Assembly: GCA_963707215.1 (NCBI GenBank)
Contig: CAVPPB010000001.1
Coordinates: forward strand, 608,001 to 672,000
Direction of reading: 5' to 3'
DNA length: 64,000 nt
Source: an uncultured Chloroflexia bacterium
GTDB lineage: Bacteria > Chloroflexota > Limnocylindria > Limnocylindrales > CSP1-4
In this document: positions 28,089-41,515 of the stretch, piece after piece
Numbering within the stretch: the stretch's first letter is position 1
Layout of the letters: every line of letters starts with the position of its first letter
Program-made: the position numbers and the translations under genes
Notes under the pieces: model-generated
Database searches by the model: none
Told to the model about the DNA's origin: nothing
Seen by the model: the letters and a program-made list of their open reading frames with translations, nothing else

Positions 28089-28137
28089 TGGTATAGTCGG
28101 CTAGGCCAAGGCGAGACTACTTGGACTAGCAGGCTAT
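28089..28137 (+). promoter_or_regulatory. extended -10 (TGgTATAGT) overlapped by an 18-bp imperfect inverted repeat, candidate operator
   Basis: Arms atagtcggctaggccaag (28093-28110) and cttggactagcaggctat (28120-28137) match 15/18, with a 9-nt spacer. Confidence 0.65.
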
Positions 28138-28142
28138 GTCAA

Positions 28143-29258
28143 GTGGACGAACGACGCACCACGCCAACGCCGGATGACGCCCCGACCGGACCAGACGAGC
28201 GGGTCCCGGCCGGCGCTGCGGACGCCGTGCCGACCACCGGCCGGCTCGACGTCAAGCGCGACTCGGACGTCCCGATCTCGACCCAGATCCACTGGCAGTT
28301 GGCCTACCAGATCGACTCGGGGCGCCTCCTGCCCGGCGAGCGCCTGCCCCCGGTGCGCGAGCTCGGCGCAGCCCTCCGAGTGAACCCGAACACGATCCGG
28401 GCCGTCTACCGGCGGCTGGCCGATGCCGGCTATGTCAGCAGTCGCCACGGGGCCGGAACGCGGGTCGCCGACCGACCGCCGCAGCGCCGCGGCGCCGAGG
28501 CGCTCGACGGACTCGTGGCCGAGATGCTCCGGCGGGCCGCCGCTGCGGGCTTCACGCCGGACGAGGTGGCGGCTGCGGCCTACGCAGCGGCGTCCGAGCG
28601 GCGCCAGCCGGGGCCGCTGGTCCGGGTCCTCTTCACCGAGTGCACCACCGCCGACGCCATCTATCACTCCGACCAGGTCAGCGAGGCCTTCGCCGGCCTG
28701 GCCGAAGCCGACGGGGTCGTCCTCGATGATCTCCTCGATCGACTGCGGACCTACCACTACGACCTCGTGGCGACGACGGCGTTCCATGCCGACGAGGCCC
28801 AGGCCCTCGTCGGCGGCCAGGTCCCGGTCGTGGCGATGCTCGTCGGGCCGGGCTTCATGGATCTCGTCCACGAGGTGACCGCCCTGCCGACCGGCTCGCG
28901 GGTCGGCGTCGTCTGCGCCTCGTCGCGCGGCTCCGACAACATCGCCGAAACGCTCATCCTGGCGGGAGCGACCGGGGTCGACATCGTCGCCGCGACCCCC
29001 GAGGCGTCGACCGATCTCGAGATGGTCGACCGGACCGCCGACCTCGTCCTGATGTCGCGCGAGGCGATGGCCCTCGGGCTCGACGAACGCCTCCATCGCC
29101 CTGAGCGGATCCGCGAGTGGCAGTACGAGTTCGATCCGTCGGGCCTGGAGCTCCTCCGTCGCAGCATCGAGCACGTGCTGGCCAGCCGGCGGGAGCGAGC
29201 CAGCGGTGAGCCGGCCCTTGCCGCCGGCACCCGCTCGGAGATCGGCCCCGGGGGCTGA
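28143..29258 (+). CDS. GntR-family regulator with two C-terminal alpha/beta domains (PlmA-like architecture)
   Basis: [29 protein letters not shown]...GAGTRV wHTH; long C-terminus. Start codon uncertain. Confidence 0.88.
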   Translation: MDERRTTPTPDDAPTGPDERVPAGAADAVPTTGRLDVKRDSDVPISTQIHWQLAYQIDSGRLLPGERLPPVRELGAALRVNPNTIRAVYRRLADAGYVSSRHGAGTRVADRPPQRRGAEALDGLVAEMLRRAAAAGFTPDEVAAAAYAAASERRQPGPLVRVLFTECTTADAIYHSDQVSEAFAGLAEADGVVLDDLLDRLRTYHYDLVATTAFHADEAQALVGGQVPVVAMLVGPGFMDLVHEVTALPTGSRVGVVCASSRGSDNIAETLILAGATGVDIVAATPEASTDLEMVDRTADLVLMSREAMALGLDERLHRPERIREWQYEFDPSGLELLRRSIEHVLASRRERASGEPALAAGTRSEIGPGG

Positions 29259-29350
29259 TCGACCGGCCGCGACCGCGCCGGACCGCGAGTACCTCCCTGC
29301 CGCGGCTGCGCCATGTGCCCGTCCATGCGACCCTTGGAGCGATGCGTAGG

Positions 29351-31471
29351 ATGCCCGATCAGCCACGCCCGGTGAGGGTCTGGGCCGGCCAGCCCTACCC
29401 GCTCGGGGCGATGTGGGACGGGCTCGGCACCAACTTCGCGGTCTTCTCGGAGGTGGCCGAACGGGTCGAGCTCTGCCTGTTCGACGAGTCCGGCGGGGAG
29501 ACGCGGATCGACCTCCCCGAGGTCACCGGCTACGCCTGGCACGGCTACCTTCCGTCGGTCGGGCCAGGCCAGCGATACGGCTATCGGGTTCACGGGCCGT
29601 GGGACCCGGGGAGCGGCCGGCGCTGCAATCCCCAGATGCTCCTCCTCGATCCCTATGCCCGGGCGATCGAGGGTGACGTCCGCTGGGACCCGGCGGTCTT
29701 CGCCCAGCGGCTCGACGACCCGCGGGCGCTGGAGGCGACCGACAGCGGGCCGTTCGTGCCGCGCTCGATCGTCGTCGATCCCCACTTCGACTGGGGCGAC
29801 GACCGCCGGCCGAACCGGCCGGAGAACGAGACGGTCATCTACGAGACCCACGTCAAGGGCCTGACGATGCGCCACCCGGAGGTCCCGCCGGAGCTCCGGG
29901 GCACGTACGCCGGGCTCGCCCATCCGGCCGTCATCAGGCATCTCGTCGAGCTCGGGGTCACCGCGGTCGAGCTCCTGCCGATCCACGAGTTCGTCCATGA
30001 CGGCCACCTGCTCGACCGCGGGCTGCGCAACTACTGGGGCTACAACTCGATCGGCTTCTTCGCGCCCCACCACGAGTACTCGGCGAGCGGCGCCGGTGGC
30101 GGCCAGGTCGACGAGTTCAAGGCCATGGTCAGGACCCTCCACGCCGCCGGGATCGAGGTGATCCTCGACGTCGTCTACAACCACACCGGCGAGGGCAACC
30201 ACCAGGGACCCACGCTCTGCTTCCGGGGCCTCGACAACGCCGCGTACTACCGCCTTATGCCCGACGACCCGCGCTACTACATGGACTACACGGGGACCGG
30301 CAACACCCTCAACGTCCGCAACCCGCACGTCCTGCAGCTGATCATGGACAGCCTGCGCTACTGGGTCGAGGAGATGCACGTCGACGGGTTCCGCTTCGAC
30401 CTGGCCGCGGCCCTGGCGCGGGAGCTCCACGCGGTCGACCGCCTGTCGGCCTTCTTCGACCTCATCCAGCAGGACCCCACGGTCCGCCAGGTGAAGCTCA
30501 TCGCCGAGCCCTGGGACGTCGGTGACGGCGGCTACCAGGTCGGCAACTTCCCGGTCCACTGGGCCGAGTGGAACGGCCGCTTCCGGGACACCGTCCGCGA
30601 CTTCTGGCGGGGCGTCCCCGAGTCCCTCTCCGACCTGGGCTACCGCCTGACCGGCTCGTCCGACCTCTACCTCACGACGGGACGGCGGCCCTACGCCAGC
30701 ATCAATCTCATCACCGCCCATGACGGCTTCACCCTGGCCGACCTGACGGCCTACGACCACAAGCACAACGAGGCCAACGGCGAGGGGAACCGCGACGGCG
30801 AGTCCCACAACCGGTCCTGGAACTGCGGCGTCGAGGGACCGACCGACGATCCGGCGGTCCTGGAGCTGCGGACGCGCCAGCGCCGCAACCTGCTGACGAC
30901 GCTGTTCCTCTCGCAGGGCGTGCCGATGCTGCTCGGCGGGGACGAGATCGGCCGGACCCAGGGCGGCAACAACAACGGCTACTGTCAGGACAGCGAGATC
31001 TCCTGGTACGCCTGGGAGGACGCCGACGCCGAACTGCTCGACTTCACCCGGCGTCTGATCCGGTTCCAGCGCGAGCACCCGGTCTTCCGACGGCGACGCT
31101 GGTTCCAGGACCGCCCGATCCATGGCGAGGGCGCCGGCGACATCGAGTGGCTCTCGCCGGAAGGGGGCGCGATGTCCGACCACGACTGGGGCGGCGGCGC
31201 CTTCAGCTCCCTGGGCCTCTTCCTGTCGGGCGAGGCCCTCAAGGGACTGGATGGCGAGCCGGTCCGGGACGACTCCTTCCTGCTGCTCTTCAACGCCCAC
31301 TGGGAGGACGCCCGGTTCCGGCTGCCCAGCGGGCGGCTGGGGGCCCGGTGGCAGGTCGTTCTCGACACGGCGGCCCGGCGCCCGTTCCCGGCTCGCGGCC
31401 GGGTGGTCGCCGCCGGCCGACGGCTGGCCCTGGCGAGCCGCTCCACGATGGTGCTCCGCCGTGTCGACTGA
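29351..31471 (+). CDS. glgX: glycogen debranching enzyme (isoamylase, GlgX/TreX)
   Basis: [41 protein letters not shown]. Confidence 0.96.
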   Translation: MPDQPRPVRVWAGQPYPLGAMWDGLGTNFAVFSEVAERVELCLFDESGGETRIDLPEVTGYAWHGYLPSVGPGQRYGYRVHGPWDPGSGRRCNPQMLLLDPYARAIEGDVRWDPAVFAQRLDDPRALEATDSGPFVPRSIVVDPHFDWGDDRRPNRPENETVIYETHVKGLTMRHPEVPPELRGTYAGLAHPAVIRHLVELGVTAVELLPIHEFVHDGHLLDRGLRNYWGYNSIGFFAPHHEYSASGAGGGQVDEFKAMVRTLHAAGIEVILDVVYNHTGEGNHQGPTLCFRGLDNAAYYRLMPDDPRYYMDYTGTGNTLNVRNPHVLQLIMDSLRYWVEEMHVDGFRFDLAAALARELHAVDRLSAFFDLIQQDPTVRQVKLIAEPWDVGDGGYQVGNFPVHWAEWNGRFRDTVRDFWRGVPESLSDLGYRLTGSSDLYLTTGRRPYASINLITAHDGFTLADLTAYDHKHNEANGEGNRDGESHNRSWNCGVEGPTDDPAVLELRTRQRRNLLTTLFLSQGVPMLLGGDEIGRTQGGNNNGYCQDSEISWYAWEDADAELLDFTRRLIRFQREHPVFRRRRWFQDRPIHGEGAGDIEWLSPEGGAMSDHDWGGGAFSSLGLFLSGEALKGLDGEPVRDDSFLLLFNAHWEDARFRLPSGRLGARWQVVLDTAARRPFPARGRVVAAGRRLALASRSTMVLRRVD

Positions 31472-34244
31472 GGCGCCCGAGACGCACGAGCCGGCCGGCG
31501 CGTCGGTGGCGCAGGCCGACGCGGCACCACCGCGGCGGCGCCGCGATCGGGTCATCCCGACCGCCACCTACCGCCTCCAGCTCCGACCCGGCTTCGGCTT
31601 CGCCGAGGCCGCGGCCGTCGCGCCGTACCTGGCCCGCCTCGGCGTCAGCCACGTCTACTCGTCGCCATACCTCCAGCCGACCCCCGGCAGCATGCACGGC
31701 TATGACGTCGTCGACCCCCGCCGGGTCAACCGCGAGCTGGGTGGGAGCCGCGGCCACGGGCGCTTCTGCCGGGTGCTCGGCGACCTGGGTCTCGGCCAGG
31801 TCCTCGATATCGTGCCGAACCACATGGCCATCACCGGGCCCGAGAACCCGTGGTGGTGGGACGTCCTGGAGAACGGGCCGGCCAGCCGCTACGCGCGGAC
31901 GTTCGACGTGGACTGGGACCCGCCGGAGGCCTACCTTCGGAACCTCGTCCTCCTGCCGATCCTGGGCGACCACTACGGGCGGGTCCTGGAGGCCGGCGAG
32001 CTGCGCCTGGAGCGTCGCGGCCCGGACTTCCGGATCCGCTACCACGAGCATGCCCTGCCCGTCGCCCCGCGCTCGCTCGACACGATCCTGGCAGCTGCCG
32101 CCGTCCGGGCGCGGTCCGACGAGCTCGCGTTCCTGGCCGACGGCTACGAGCAGTTGCCGCCATCGGTCGCCACGGAGCCGGCCAGCGTGATCCGACGTCA
32201 TCGCGACAAGGGGGTCCTCCGCAAGCTCCTGGCCCGTCTCCTGGAGGAGCGCCCGCGGGTGGGCGAGGCGATCGACTTCGTCGTCGCCGAGGTGAACGCC
32301 GATCCCGACGTCCTGGACGCACTCCTGGCCCGTCAGAACTACCGGCTCGCCCACTGGCGCGCCGCCGGCCGCGACCTCGGCTACCGCCGATTCTTCGACG
32401 TCACCAGCCTGATCGGCCTGCGGACGGAGGACGAGCTGGTCTTCAGGGACACCCACGGACTGGTCCTTCGTTGGCTGGCGGCCGGTGTCATCGACGGCCT
32501 GAGGGTCGACCATCCCGACGGCCTGAGAGACCCGTCGACGTACGTGCGTCGGCTGCGCTCCGCCACCCGGCGTGGCTGGATCGTCGTCGAGAAGATCCTC
32601 GAGGACGACGAGCCGCTGCGCGACAGCTGGCCCGTCGACGGGACCACCGGATACGACTTCCTGAAGATCGTCACGGGGGTCCTCGTGGACCCGGCCGGCG
32701 AGGGGCCCCTGACGGCCGGCCTCGCGGAGCTGACCGGTGAGGCTCGCCCGTTCGCGGCGATCTCCCGGGAGGCCCGCGGAGCCGCCGTCCGTGACACGCT
32801 GGGATCGGACCTCAACCGCCTGACCGCCCGCTTCCTCGAGATCTGCGAAGGCCATCGCCGGCACCGCGACCACACGCGTCACGCGATCCACGAGGCCCTC
32901 GCCGAGGTCGCCGCCTCGATGCCCGTCTACCGGACCTACATCCGGGCCGATGCCGGCTGGATCACCCCCTCCGACGAGGCGATCGTGGACCTCGCGATCG
33001 CGACCGCGGCCGAGGCCCGCCCGGACCTCGATCCTGGTCTGCTGGCGTTCCTGGGCGACGTCCTCCGTCTCCGCGTCCGGGGGTCGGCCGAGGCAGACTT
33101 CGTGATGCGCTTCCAGCAGCTCACCGGCGCGGTCATGGCCAAGGGCGTCGAGGACACGGCGTTCTACCGCTACCACCGCCTCGTCGCCCTCAACGAGGTG
33201 GGCGGTGACCCGGCCCGGTTCTCGACGTCCGTCGAGGCGTTCCACGCGGCGAACCTGGAGCGGCTCGCTCGCTGGCCCGACTCGATGCTCACGACCTCCA
33301 CCCATGACACCAAGCGGAGCGAGGACGTCCGGGCCCGGCAGGCCGCCATCTCGGAGCTGCCCGAGCGCTGGCTGACGGCCGCCGCCGACTGGCTGGATCG
33401 GATCGACCCGCTGTGGGGGGACGTCGAGCCGGATCGGGCGATCGGCTACCTGGCCCTCCAGACCCTCGTCGGCGCCTGGCCGATCGACGCCGACCGCCTC
33501 AGCGCCTACCTGCTCAAGGCCGCCCGCGAGGCCAAGGTTCGCACGGCCTGGACGGCCACCGACGCGGCCTACGAGGCAGCCCTCGACCGACTGGCCCGGG
33601 CGCTCGCCGAAGGCCCACGGTTGCTTGACGGGTTCGAGGCGCTGCTCCGACCGATCGTCGCGGCCGGTCGGATCGACTCACTCGCCCAGGCGCTCCTCAA
33701 GCTCACCGCGCCGGGCGTCCCCGACGTCTACCAGGGCACCGAGCTGTGGGACCTGTCCCTGGTGGACCCGGACAACCGCCGGCCGGTCGACTTCGCCCGG
33801 AGAGCGGAGCTGCTCGGCGAGCTGGAGGCCGGCATGGCGGTGCCGGACATCCTCGCCCGGGCGGACGAAGGGCTGCCGAAGCTGTGGCTGGTCCATCGGG
33901 CCCTCCGCCTCCGCCGCGCCAGGCCGTCGTCCTTCGACGGGCGCGGTGCCTACCGACCACTCGTGGCGCGGGGCACCCGGTCCGACCACGTCGTCGCCTA
34001 CGCTCGCGGTGAGGACGTCGTGGCGATCGTGCCGCGCCTGCCGCTGGGGCTGACCGGCGGACGTCCGCGGTCGGACCTGCGCATCCCGGCGGCCCGCTGG
34101 CGCGACACGACGCTCGGGCTTCCCGAGGGGCGCTGGCGGGACCAGCTGACCGGCCGCGAGCATGTCGGCGGCGAGCGCGGGCTCGGTGAGCTGCTGGAGG
34201 CCTTTCCTGTCGCCCTCCTGCTCCGCGACGGGGAGGCCCCGTGA
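31461..34244 (+). CDS. treY: malto-oligosyltrehalose synthase
   Basis: [47 protein letters not shown]. Confidence 0.95.
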   Translation: MSTEAPETHEPAGASVAQADAAPPRRRRDRVIPTATYRLQLRPGFGFAEAAAVAPYLARLGVSHVYSSPYLQPTPGSMHGYDVVDPRRVNRELGGSRGHGRFCRVLGDLGLGQVLDIVPNHMAITGPENPWWWDVLENGPASRYARTFDVDWDPPEAYLRNLVLLPILGDHYGRVLEAGELRLERRGPDFRIRYHEHALPVAPRSLDTILAAAAVRARSDELAFLADGYEQLPPSVATEPASVIRRHRDKGVLRKLLARLLEERPRVGEAIDFVVAEVNADPDVLDALLARQNYRLAHWRAAGRDLGYRRFFDVTSLIGLRTEDELVFRDTHGLVLRWLAAGVIDGLRVDHPDGLRDPSTYVRRLRSATRRGWIVVEKILEDDEPLRDSWPVDGTTGYDFLKIVTGVLVDPAGEGPLTAGLAELTGEARPFAAISREARGAAVRDTLGSDLNRLTARFLEICEGHRRHRDHTRHAIHEALAEVAASMPVYRTYIRADAGWITPSDEAIVDLAIATAAEARPDLDPGLLAFLGDVLRLRVRGSAEADFVMRFQQLTGAVMAKGVEDTAFYRYHRLVALNEVGGDPARFSTSVEAFHAANLERLARWPDSMLTTSTHDTKRSEDVRARQAAISELPERWLTAAADWLDRIDPLWGDVEPDRAIGYLALQTLVGAWPIDADRLSAYLLKAAREAKVRTAWTATDAAYEAALDRLARALAEGPRLLDGFEALLRPIVAAGRIDSLAQALLKLTAPGVPDVYQGTELWDLSLVDPDNRRPVDFARRAELLGELEAGMAVPDILARADEGLPKLWLVHRALRLRRARPSSFDGRGAYRPLVARGTRSDHVVAYARGEDVVAIVPRLPLGLTGGRPRSDLRIPAARWRDTTLGLPEGRWRDQLTGREHVGGERGLGELLEAFPVALLLRDGEAP

Positions 34245-36022
34245 GCTCCCGCCCCCCGGCGCGCGCCGGGGTCCCCGGGGTCTGGGCGCCGGTCGCGGCC
34301 ACGGTCGACCTCGTCCTCGGCGATGAGCGTCGTTCCATGATCCGAGCCGACGACGGCTGGTGGGCCGGCACCGGCGACCCGCTCCCGACCGGGACCGACT
34401 ACGCGTTCAGCGTCGATGGCGGGCCGCCCCGCCCCGACCCGCGGGCGCCCCACCTGCCGGCCGGCGTCCACGGCCCGGCCAGGACCTTGGACCACGAGGC
34501 GTTCCGCTGGACCGACGCCGGCTGGACGCCGCCGCGCCTCGCCGACGGGGTCGTCTACGAGCTGCACGTCGGGACCTTCAGCCCGGAAGGCACCTTCGAC
34601 GGCGCCATCGGGCGGCTGGACCACGTCGTCGACCTCGGCATCAGCCATGTCGAGCTGCTGCCGGTCCACAGCTTCCCCGGGCGGCGTGGCTGGGGCTACG
34701 ACGTGGCCGGCACCTTCGCGCCCCACGAACCGTACGGCGGCCCGGACGGGCTCAAGCGGCTGGTCGACGCCTGCCACCGGCGAGGGCTCGCCGTCCTGCT
34801 CGACGTGGTCTGGAATCATCTCGGACCGGAGGGCAACTACCTGGGCACCTTCGGCCCCTACGTGACCGACCGCTTCCGGACCCCGTGGGGCGGAGCGATC
34901 AACCTCGGCGAGGCGGGGGCCGACGAGGTCCGCCGTTTCATCGTCGACAACGCCCGGATGTGGCTCCGCGACTACCACCTCGACGGGCTCCGCATCGACG
35001 CCGTCCACGCCTTCATCGACCTGACCGCCGTCCACCTCCTCGAGGAGCTGGCGGGCGAGGTCCGCCGCCTCGAAGTCGAGCTCGGCCGCCCGATGGTCCT
35101 CGTCGCCGAGAGCGACCTCAACGACCCGCGTCTGCTGCGCGACCCGGGGCACGGCGGCTACGGCATGGACGCCCAGTGGAGCGACGACTTCCATCACGCC
35201 ATCCACGTGACCCTGACCGACGACCGGGCCGGCTACTACGAGGACTTCCACGGGCTTGCCGACCTGGCTACCGCCCTTGAGCGGGTCTTCGTCTACGAGG
35301 GCGGTCACTCGGCCCATCGCGGCCGGCGCCACGGCCGCCCGGCCGACGGTCTGTCCACCGACCGCTTCCTGGGTTACGCCCAGAACCACGACCAGGTCGG
35401 CAACCGGGCGCTCGGCGAGCGTCTCGTCCATCTCGCGGGTGACCGGGCCGCCCGGGTCGCCGCCGTTCTCGTGCTGGCCGGGCCGTTCGTTCCCCTGCTC
35501 TTCGCCGGCGAGGAGTGGGGAGCATCGACGCCGTTCCGCTTCTTCACCGACTACGGCGACCCAGCGCTCTGGGACGCCGTACGCGAGGGGCGCCGCCGCG
35601 AGTTCGCGGCCTTCGGATGGGATCCCGACGCCATCCCCGACCCGCAGGACCCGGCGACGTTCGAGGCATCCCGCCTGGACTGGGGCGAGCGCGAGCGCCA
35701 GCCGCACGCCGAGCTCCTAGCCTGGCACCGGGACCTCATCCGGCTGCGGCGGGAGCACCCTGACCTGCGCGGTCCGTCCCGTCCGGTCGTCCACGTCGAT
35801 CCGGCCGACGGCACGCTCGTCGTCGAGCGGCCGGGGATCACCGTGGCGGCCAACGTCGGCGACGAGCGGCACACCCTGGGCCTGCCGCCGGGCCACCACC
35901 GGATCCTGGCCGCCTCCGATCCCGACGGCGTCCGTGTCGACGACGCCACCGTCCGCCTGCCGCCGATGAGCGCGGCCATCCTGGCGGTCGGGCCCGAGGG
36001 CGGGTCGGGAGACGGGATTTGA
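34241..36022 (+). CDS. treZ: malto-oligosyltrehalose trehalohydrolase
   Basis: VWAP, YELHVGTF, WGYD, GLRIDAVH, AESDLND, QNHDQVGNR. Confidence 0.95.
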   Translation: MSSRPPARAGVPGVWAPVAATVDLVLGDERRSMIRADDGWWAGTGDPLPTGTDYAFSVDGGPPRPDPRAPHLPAGVHGPARTLDHEAFRWTDAGWTPPRLADGVVYELHVGTFSPEGTFDGAIGRLDHVVDLGISHVELLPVHSFPGRRGWGYDVAGTFAPHEPYGGPDGLKRLVDACHRRGLAVLLDVVWNHLGPEGNYLGTFGPYVTDRFRTPWGGAINLGEAGADEVRRFIVDNARMWLRDYHLDGLRIDAVHAFIDLTAVHLLEELAGEVRRLEVELGRPMVLVAESDLNDPRLLRDPGHGGYGMDAQWSDDFHHAIHVTLTDDRAGYYEDFHGLADLATALERVFVYEGGHSAHRGRRHGRPADGLSTDRFLGYAQNHDQVGNRALGERLVHLAGDRAARVAAVLVLAGPFVPLLFAGEEWGASTPFRFFTDYGDPALWDAVREGRRREFAAFGWDPDAIPDPQDPATFEASRLDWGERERQPHAELLAWHRDLIRLRREHPDLRGPSRPVVHVDPADGTLVVERPGITVAANVGDERHTLGLPPGHHRILAASDPDGVRVDDATVRLPPMSAAILAVGPEGGSGDGI

Positions 36023-36083
36023 CACGAGCGAGGCGCCTCCGTAGGGTCCAGAGCGACCCTACGACCCTGCATGGAGGTGCCAT

Positions 36084-38104
<2,021 letters not shown>

Positions 38105-38108
<4 letters not shown>

Positions 38109-41100
38109 CGGCGGCGCGGGCCCCACGGGCCGGCGGCCGCAGTCGCGAGCGACGCCGCCCGTCCGAGGCCGTCGAGCGGACCGGGCGGATCCGGCCCAAC
38201 GGCTTCGAGCCCGATCCCGACTGGTACCAGGACGCGGTCATCTACGAGGTCCACGTCCGGGCGTTCTACGACTCCGACGGCGACGGCATCGGCGACTTCC
38301 GCGGGCTGACCGAGCGACTCGACTACCTCCAGGACCTCGGGGTGACGGTCATCTGGGTGCTGCCGTTCTATCCCTCGCCGGGCAAGGACGACGGCTACGA
38401 CATCGCCGACTACACCGGGGTCAAGCCGGACTACGGATCGCTGCGCGACGTCAAGATCTTCATCCGGGAGGCCCATCGGCGCGGGCTCCGGGTGATCACC
38501 GAGCTCGTCTGCAACCACACCTCCGACGAGCATCCCTGGTTCCAGCGGGCCCGCCGGGCGGCCCCCGGCAACAGCGCGCGCGACTTCTACGTCTGGAGCG
38601 AAAGCCCGGACCGGTACCCCGACGCCCGCATCATCTTCAAGGACTTCGAGAGCTCCAACTGGACCTGGGACCCGGTCGCCGGCGCCTACTTCTGGCATCG
38701 CTTCTACAGCCACCAGCCCGACCTGAACTTCGACAACCCGAAGGTGGGCGAGGCGATCGTGCGGGCGATGGAGTTCTGGCTCGACCTCGGTGTCGACGGC
38801 CTGCGCCTCGACGCCGTGCCCTACCTCTTCGAGCGGGACGGAACCAACGGCGAGAACCTGCCGGAGACCCACGCCTTCCTCAAGGGGCTCCGAGCCCACA
38901 TCGACGATCGCTATGCGGACCGGATGCTCCTGGCCGAGGCCAACCAGTGGCCGGAGGACGCGGTCGCCTACTTCGGCGACGGCGACGAATGCCACATGGC
39001 GTTCCACTTCCCGGTGATGCCGCGGATGTTCATGGCCCTCCGGATGGAGGATCGCTTCCCGATCGTCGATATCATGGAGCAGACCCCGGCGATCCCCGAT
39101 TCGGCCCAGTGGGCGCTCTTCCTCCGCAACCACGACGAGCTGACCCTCGAGATGGTGACCGACGAGGAGCGGGACTACATGTACCGCGTCTACGCGGGCG
39201 ACCCGCAGGCCCGGATCAACCTGGGCATCCGGCGCCGGCTGGCTCCGCTCCTCGGCAACAACCGTCGCCGCATCGAGCTGCTCAACGGCCTCCTCTTCTC
39301 CCTGCCGGGGACGCCGGTCATCTACTACGGCGACGAGATCGGGATGGGCGACAACGTCTACCTCGGCGACCGCGATGGGGTCCGCACCCCGATGCAGTGG
39401 AGCGGTGATCGCAACGCTGGCTTCTCGGTCGGCAACCGGCAGCGGCTCTACCTGCCGATCGTCACCGACCCCGAGTACCACTACGAGGCGGTGAACGTCG
39501 CCGCCCAGCAGGCCAATCCCCACTCCCTCCTCTGGTGGATGAAGCGGATCATCGCCCTGCGCAAGCGCCACCCGGCCTTCGGACGCGGCTCGATCGAGTT
39601 CCTCCACCCGGACAACCGCAAGATCCTGGCCTTCGTCCGGGCGACGGAAGAGGAGACCTTGCTGGTCGTCGCCAACCTGTCGCGCTACTCCCAGTGGACG
39701 CACCTCGACATGGCCCGCTGGGAAGGCCTCCTGCCCGTCGAGCTGTTCGGAGGCGTGGAGTTCCCCAGGATCGGCCGCGAGCCGTGGATGGTCAGCCTGG
39801 GCCCTCACTCGTTCCTCTGGTTCCGCCTGGGCTCGGACGTCGTCTCCTCGGCGATCACGGTGGCCCACGCGACCGAGCTGCCGTCGCTGCCGCGAACGCC
39901 CGATCTCGCCGGGCTGCTGGGCCGCGATCGGCGCGATCGCCTGACGACCGTCCTGCTCGACTGGATGGGGCGGCGGCGCTGGTATCGGGGCAAGGCGCGG
40001 CAGGTCAAATCGGCCTCGATCCTCGAGGGGATCCCGGTCGCGGTCGGGCGACGCGACGGCCTGGCGGTCCTCCTCTCGGTCGGCTACTCGGAGGGTGAGG
40101 AGGAGATCTACAGCCTGCCGCTCATCGCCCTGTCCGCGGAGGAGGCCGGCCTCCTCCTGGCTGACGTTCCGCAGGCCGAGATCGCCCATCTCACGGCCGA
40201 GGGCGAGCCGGCCCAGCTGCTCGTCGATGGGGCCATGGTCCCCGAGTTCGCCGAGGCGCTCCTCGGGATCATCGGCGGACGGCGTCGGATCCGGGGCGGC
40301 ACCGGCGAGCTGGCCGGCCAGCCGAGCCGCGCCTACCGGGCGCTCCGCGGTCCGGCCGATCATCGACTGACCGCCGTCCCGCTGGGCGCCGAGCAGAGCA
40401 ACAGCTCGACCGCCTTTGACGAGCGCCTGATCCTCAAGCTGTTCCGGGCTGTCGAGCCGGGTCTCAACCCGGAGCTCGAGATCGGCCGCTTCCTGGACGA
40501 CCACGGCTTCCGCCACGTCCCCAGGGTGGCCGGGGCCATCGAGTACCGGCGGGGCAAGGGCCATTCCGCGACCGTGGCGATCGCCCAGGAGTACGCGCAG
40601 AACGCCAACGACCTGTGGGCGATGACCAAGGACGAGGCGGCGGCCTTCCTCGAGGTCGTGGGTGCCGAGGCCGAGGAGCCGCCCGAGGCGTCGTTCGGCA
40701 CCGCGGCCCTCGTCCGGGCGTCGGCAGACGAGCTGCCGGCGGTCGCCTATCGACTCTGCGGATCGCACCTCGAGACGGCCCGCCTCCTCGGCGACCGGAC
40801 AGGCGAGCTGCATCGGGTCCTGGCCAGCGACGCCGGCGAGCCCGCGTTCGCTCCGGAGCCGATGACCTCGTTCCACCTGCGATCGCTCTTCCAGGCGATC
40901 CGCGGCCAGGCCGCCGAGTCCTTCCGGCTCCTCCGTCGCCAGCGCGATCGGCTCGACCCCACGCTCCAGGAGCGGGTCGACGAGGTCCTGGCCGCGGCTC
41001 CGAAGGTCGAGGCCCACCTGCGGCCGCTGCTCGAACGCCGGATCGGCGGGATGCGGATCCGGATCCACGGCGACTACCACCTGGGCCAGGTCCTGCACAC

Positions 41101-41515
41101 GGGCAAGGACGTCGTCATCATCGACTTCGAGGGTGAGCCGGCCCGGTCGATCGGCGAGCGACGCCTGAAGCGGCCGGCGCTGACCGACGTCGCCGGGATG
41201 CTGCGATCGTATGACTACGCCGCGTTCGGGGCCCTCGCCGACGAGCGGGCATCCGGGGCCGTGGACGGCGATGCGGCGACGCTCGATCGGTGGACCCGAG
41301 CCTGGTACGACTGGTCGGCCCGGGCCTTCCTCGACGGCTACCGGCGCGCGACTGCCGGGGCGACCTTCCTCCCGGAGGACGACGATGGGTTCGTGGCCCT
41401 GCTCGACGCCCTCCTGCTGTCCAAGGCGGCCTACGAGCTGCGCTACGAGCTGAACAGCCGTCCCGACTGGATCGGGATCCCCCTTGCCGGGATCGAGGAG
41501 CTGCTGGCCGGATGA
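38105..41515 (+). CDS. treS: trehalose synthase-maltokinase fusion (TreS-Pep2/Mak)
   Basis: GTG overlaps the glgE stop. GH13 part: RLDAVPYL, AEANQW, RNHDELTLE. Kinase part: AEQSNSS, RIHGDYHLGQ, IDFEGEP, DVAGMLRS. Confidence 0.95.
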
